A stretch of DNA of 63,374 nucleotides, the filler included, from Pirum gemmata (Eukaryota), in the NCBI GenBank assembly GCA_002812295.1. It is 25 parts of 25 records of this genome, joined end to end, with 100 filler letters (N's around TTAATTAATTAA, not from the genome) between each part and the next. Parts side by side here need not be neighbours in the genome. Positions count along the whole stretch, not along the records: positions 61,186 to 63,374 come from PDIN01007990.1; 24 more parts are not named here. One strand, 5' to 3'. Below the pieces are notes generated by a model. It searched no databases. It was not told where the DNA came from and saw nothing but the letters and a program-made list of their open reading frames with translations. This document shows, one piece after another, positions 63,111 through 63,374 of the stretch; position 1 is the stretch's first letter, and each line of letters starts with the position of its first letter. Both the position numbers and the translations under genes were made by a program.

Positions 63111-63374
63111 CTAGCCGGCAAATGTTAATTTTTTGATTTTGATATTTTGCGTTTCTTTTTCGAGTTTGTATTTTGCTTGTGTTTATCATTGTCTTTACCG
63201 TTTTTTTCAGAATTACGCTTTTGTCTAGCACCAAACTCTGTTTCACTCATTACCAATTCGGCTGTACGCATAGCAACAGATGTCTATTTAATTATAATTA
63301 TTATTATTTATTATTTATTTATTATTCGTTTATTTATTTATTTATTTATTTAAACTTTCTTTCTGAAACAATTA

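Noticed and set aside
61315..63128. Short ORFs inside the 120-bp satellite
   Set aside because: Frames shift and stop between monomers; no coding conservation.
1..63374. Ciliate-style gene-sized nanochromosomes or a non-standard genetic code
   Set aside because: No contig has telomeric tracts at both ends, genes are cut mid-intron, the similar lengths are more simply an assembly property, and TAA and TGA end recognisable genes normally.
1..63374. tRNA, rRNA or autonomous transposase/reverse-transcriptase genes
   Set aside because: No cloverleaf with A/B boxes, rRNA-like segment, or DDE/RT motifs recognised by eye; tRNAscan-SE, Infernal and profile searches would be needed to exclude them.

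Overview
Very AT-rich eukaryotic genomic DNA. It is not one locus: 25 short contigs or mini-scaffolds (mostly about 2.1-2.2 kb) are joined by 24 artificial N-TTAATTAATTAA-N spacers. The genetic code is standard, introns are GT-AG and the telomeric repeat is TTAGGG. Tyrosine-motif-rich receptor tails and LRR/Cys-rich ectodomain exons suggest a unicellular holozoan (inference). Recognisable coding pieces are a complete histone H2B, a tandem-PH-domain protein, terminal exons of an SLC25 carrier and an isochorismatase-family hydrolase, a TRAPPC9-like exon, receptor-like exons, a multi-exon coiled-coil gene, a candidate 39-aa spliced micro-ORF and several orphan ORFs. Non-coding DNA holds four families of short TIR elements (MITE-like), satellites, local duplications and a CTAG-rich filler sequence. 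The strongest signal is more than 35 interstitial telomeric (TTAGGG and variant) tracts. Comparison with sibling repeat copies shows that several were inserted at short microhomologies, and others mark junctions of duplicated or inverted exon fragments. This suggests a telomere-repeat-patching DNA repair process that shapes introns (inference).
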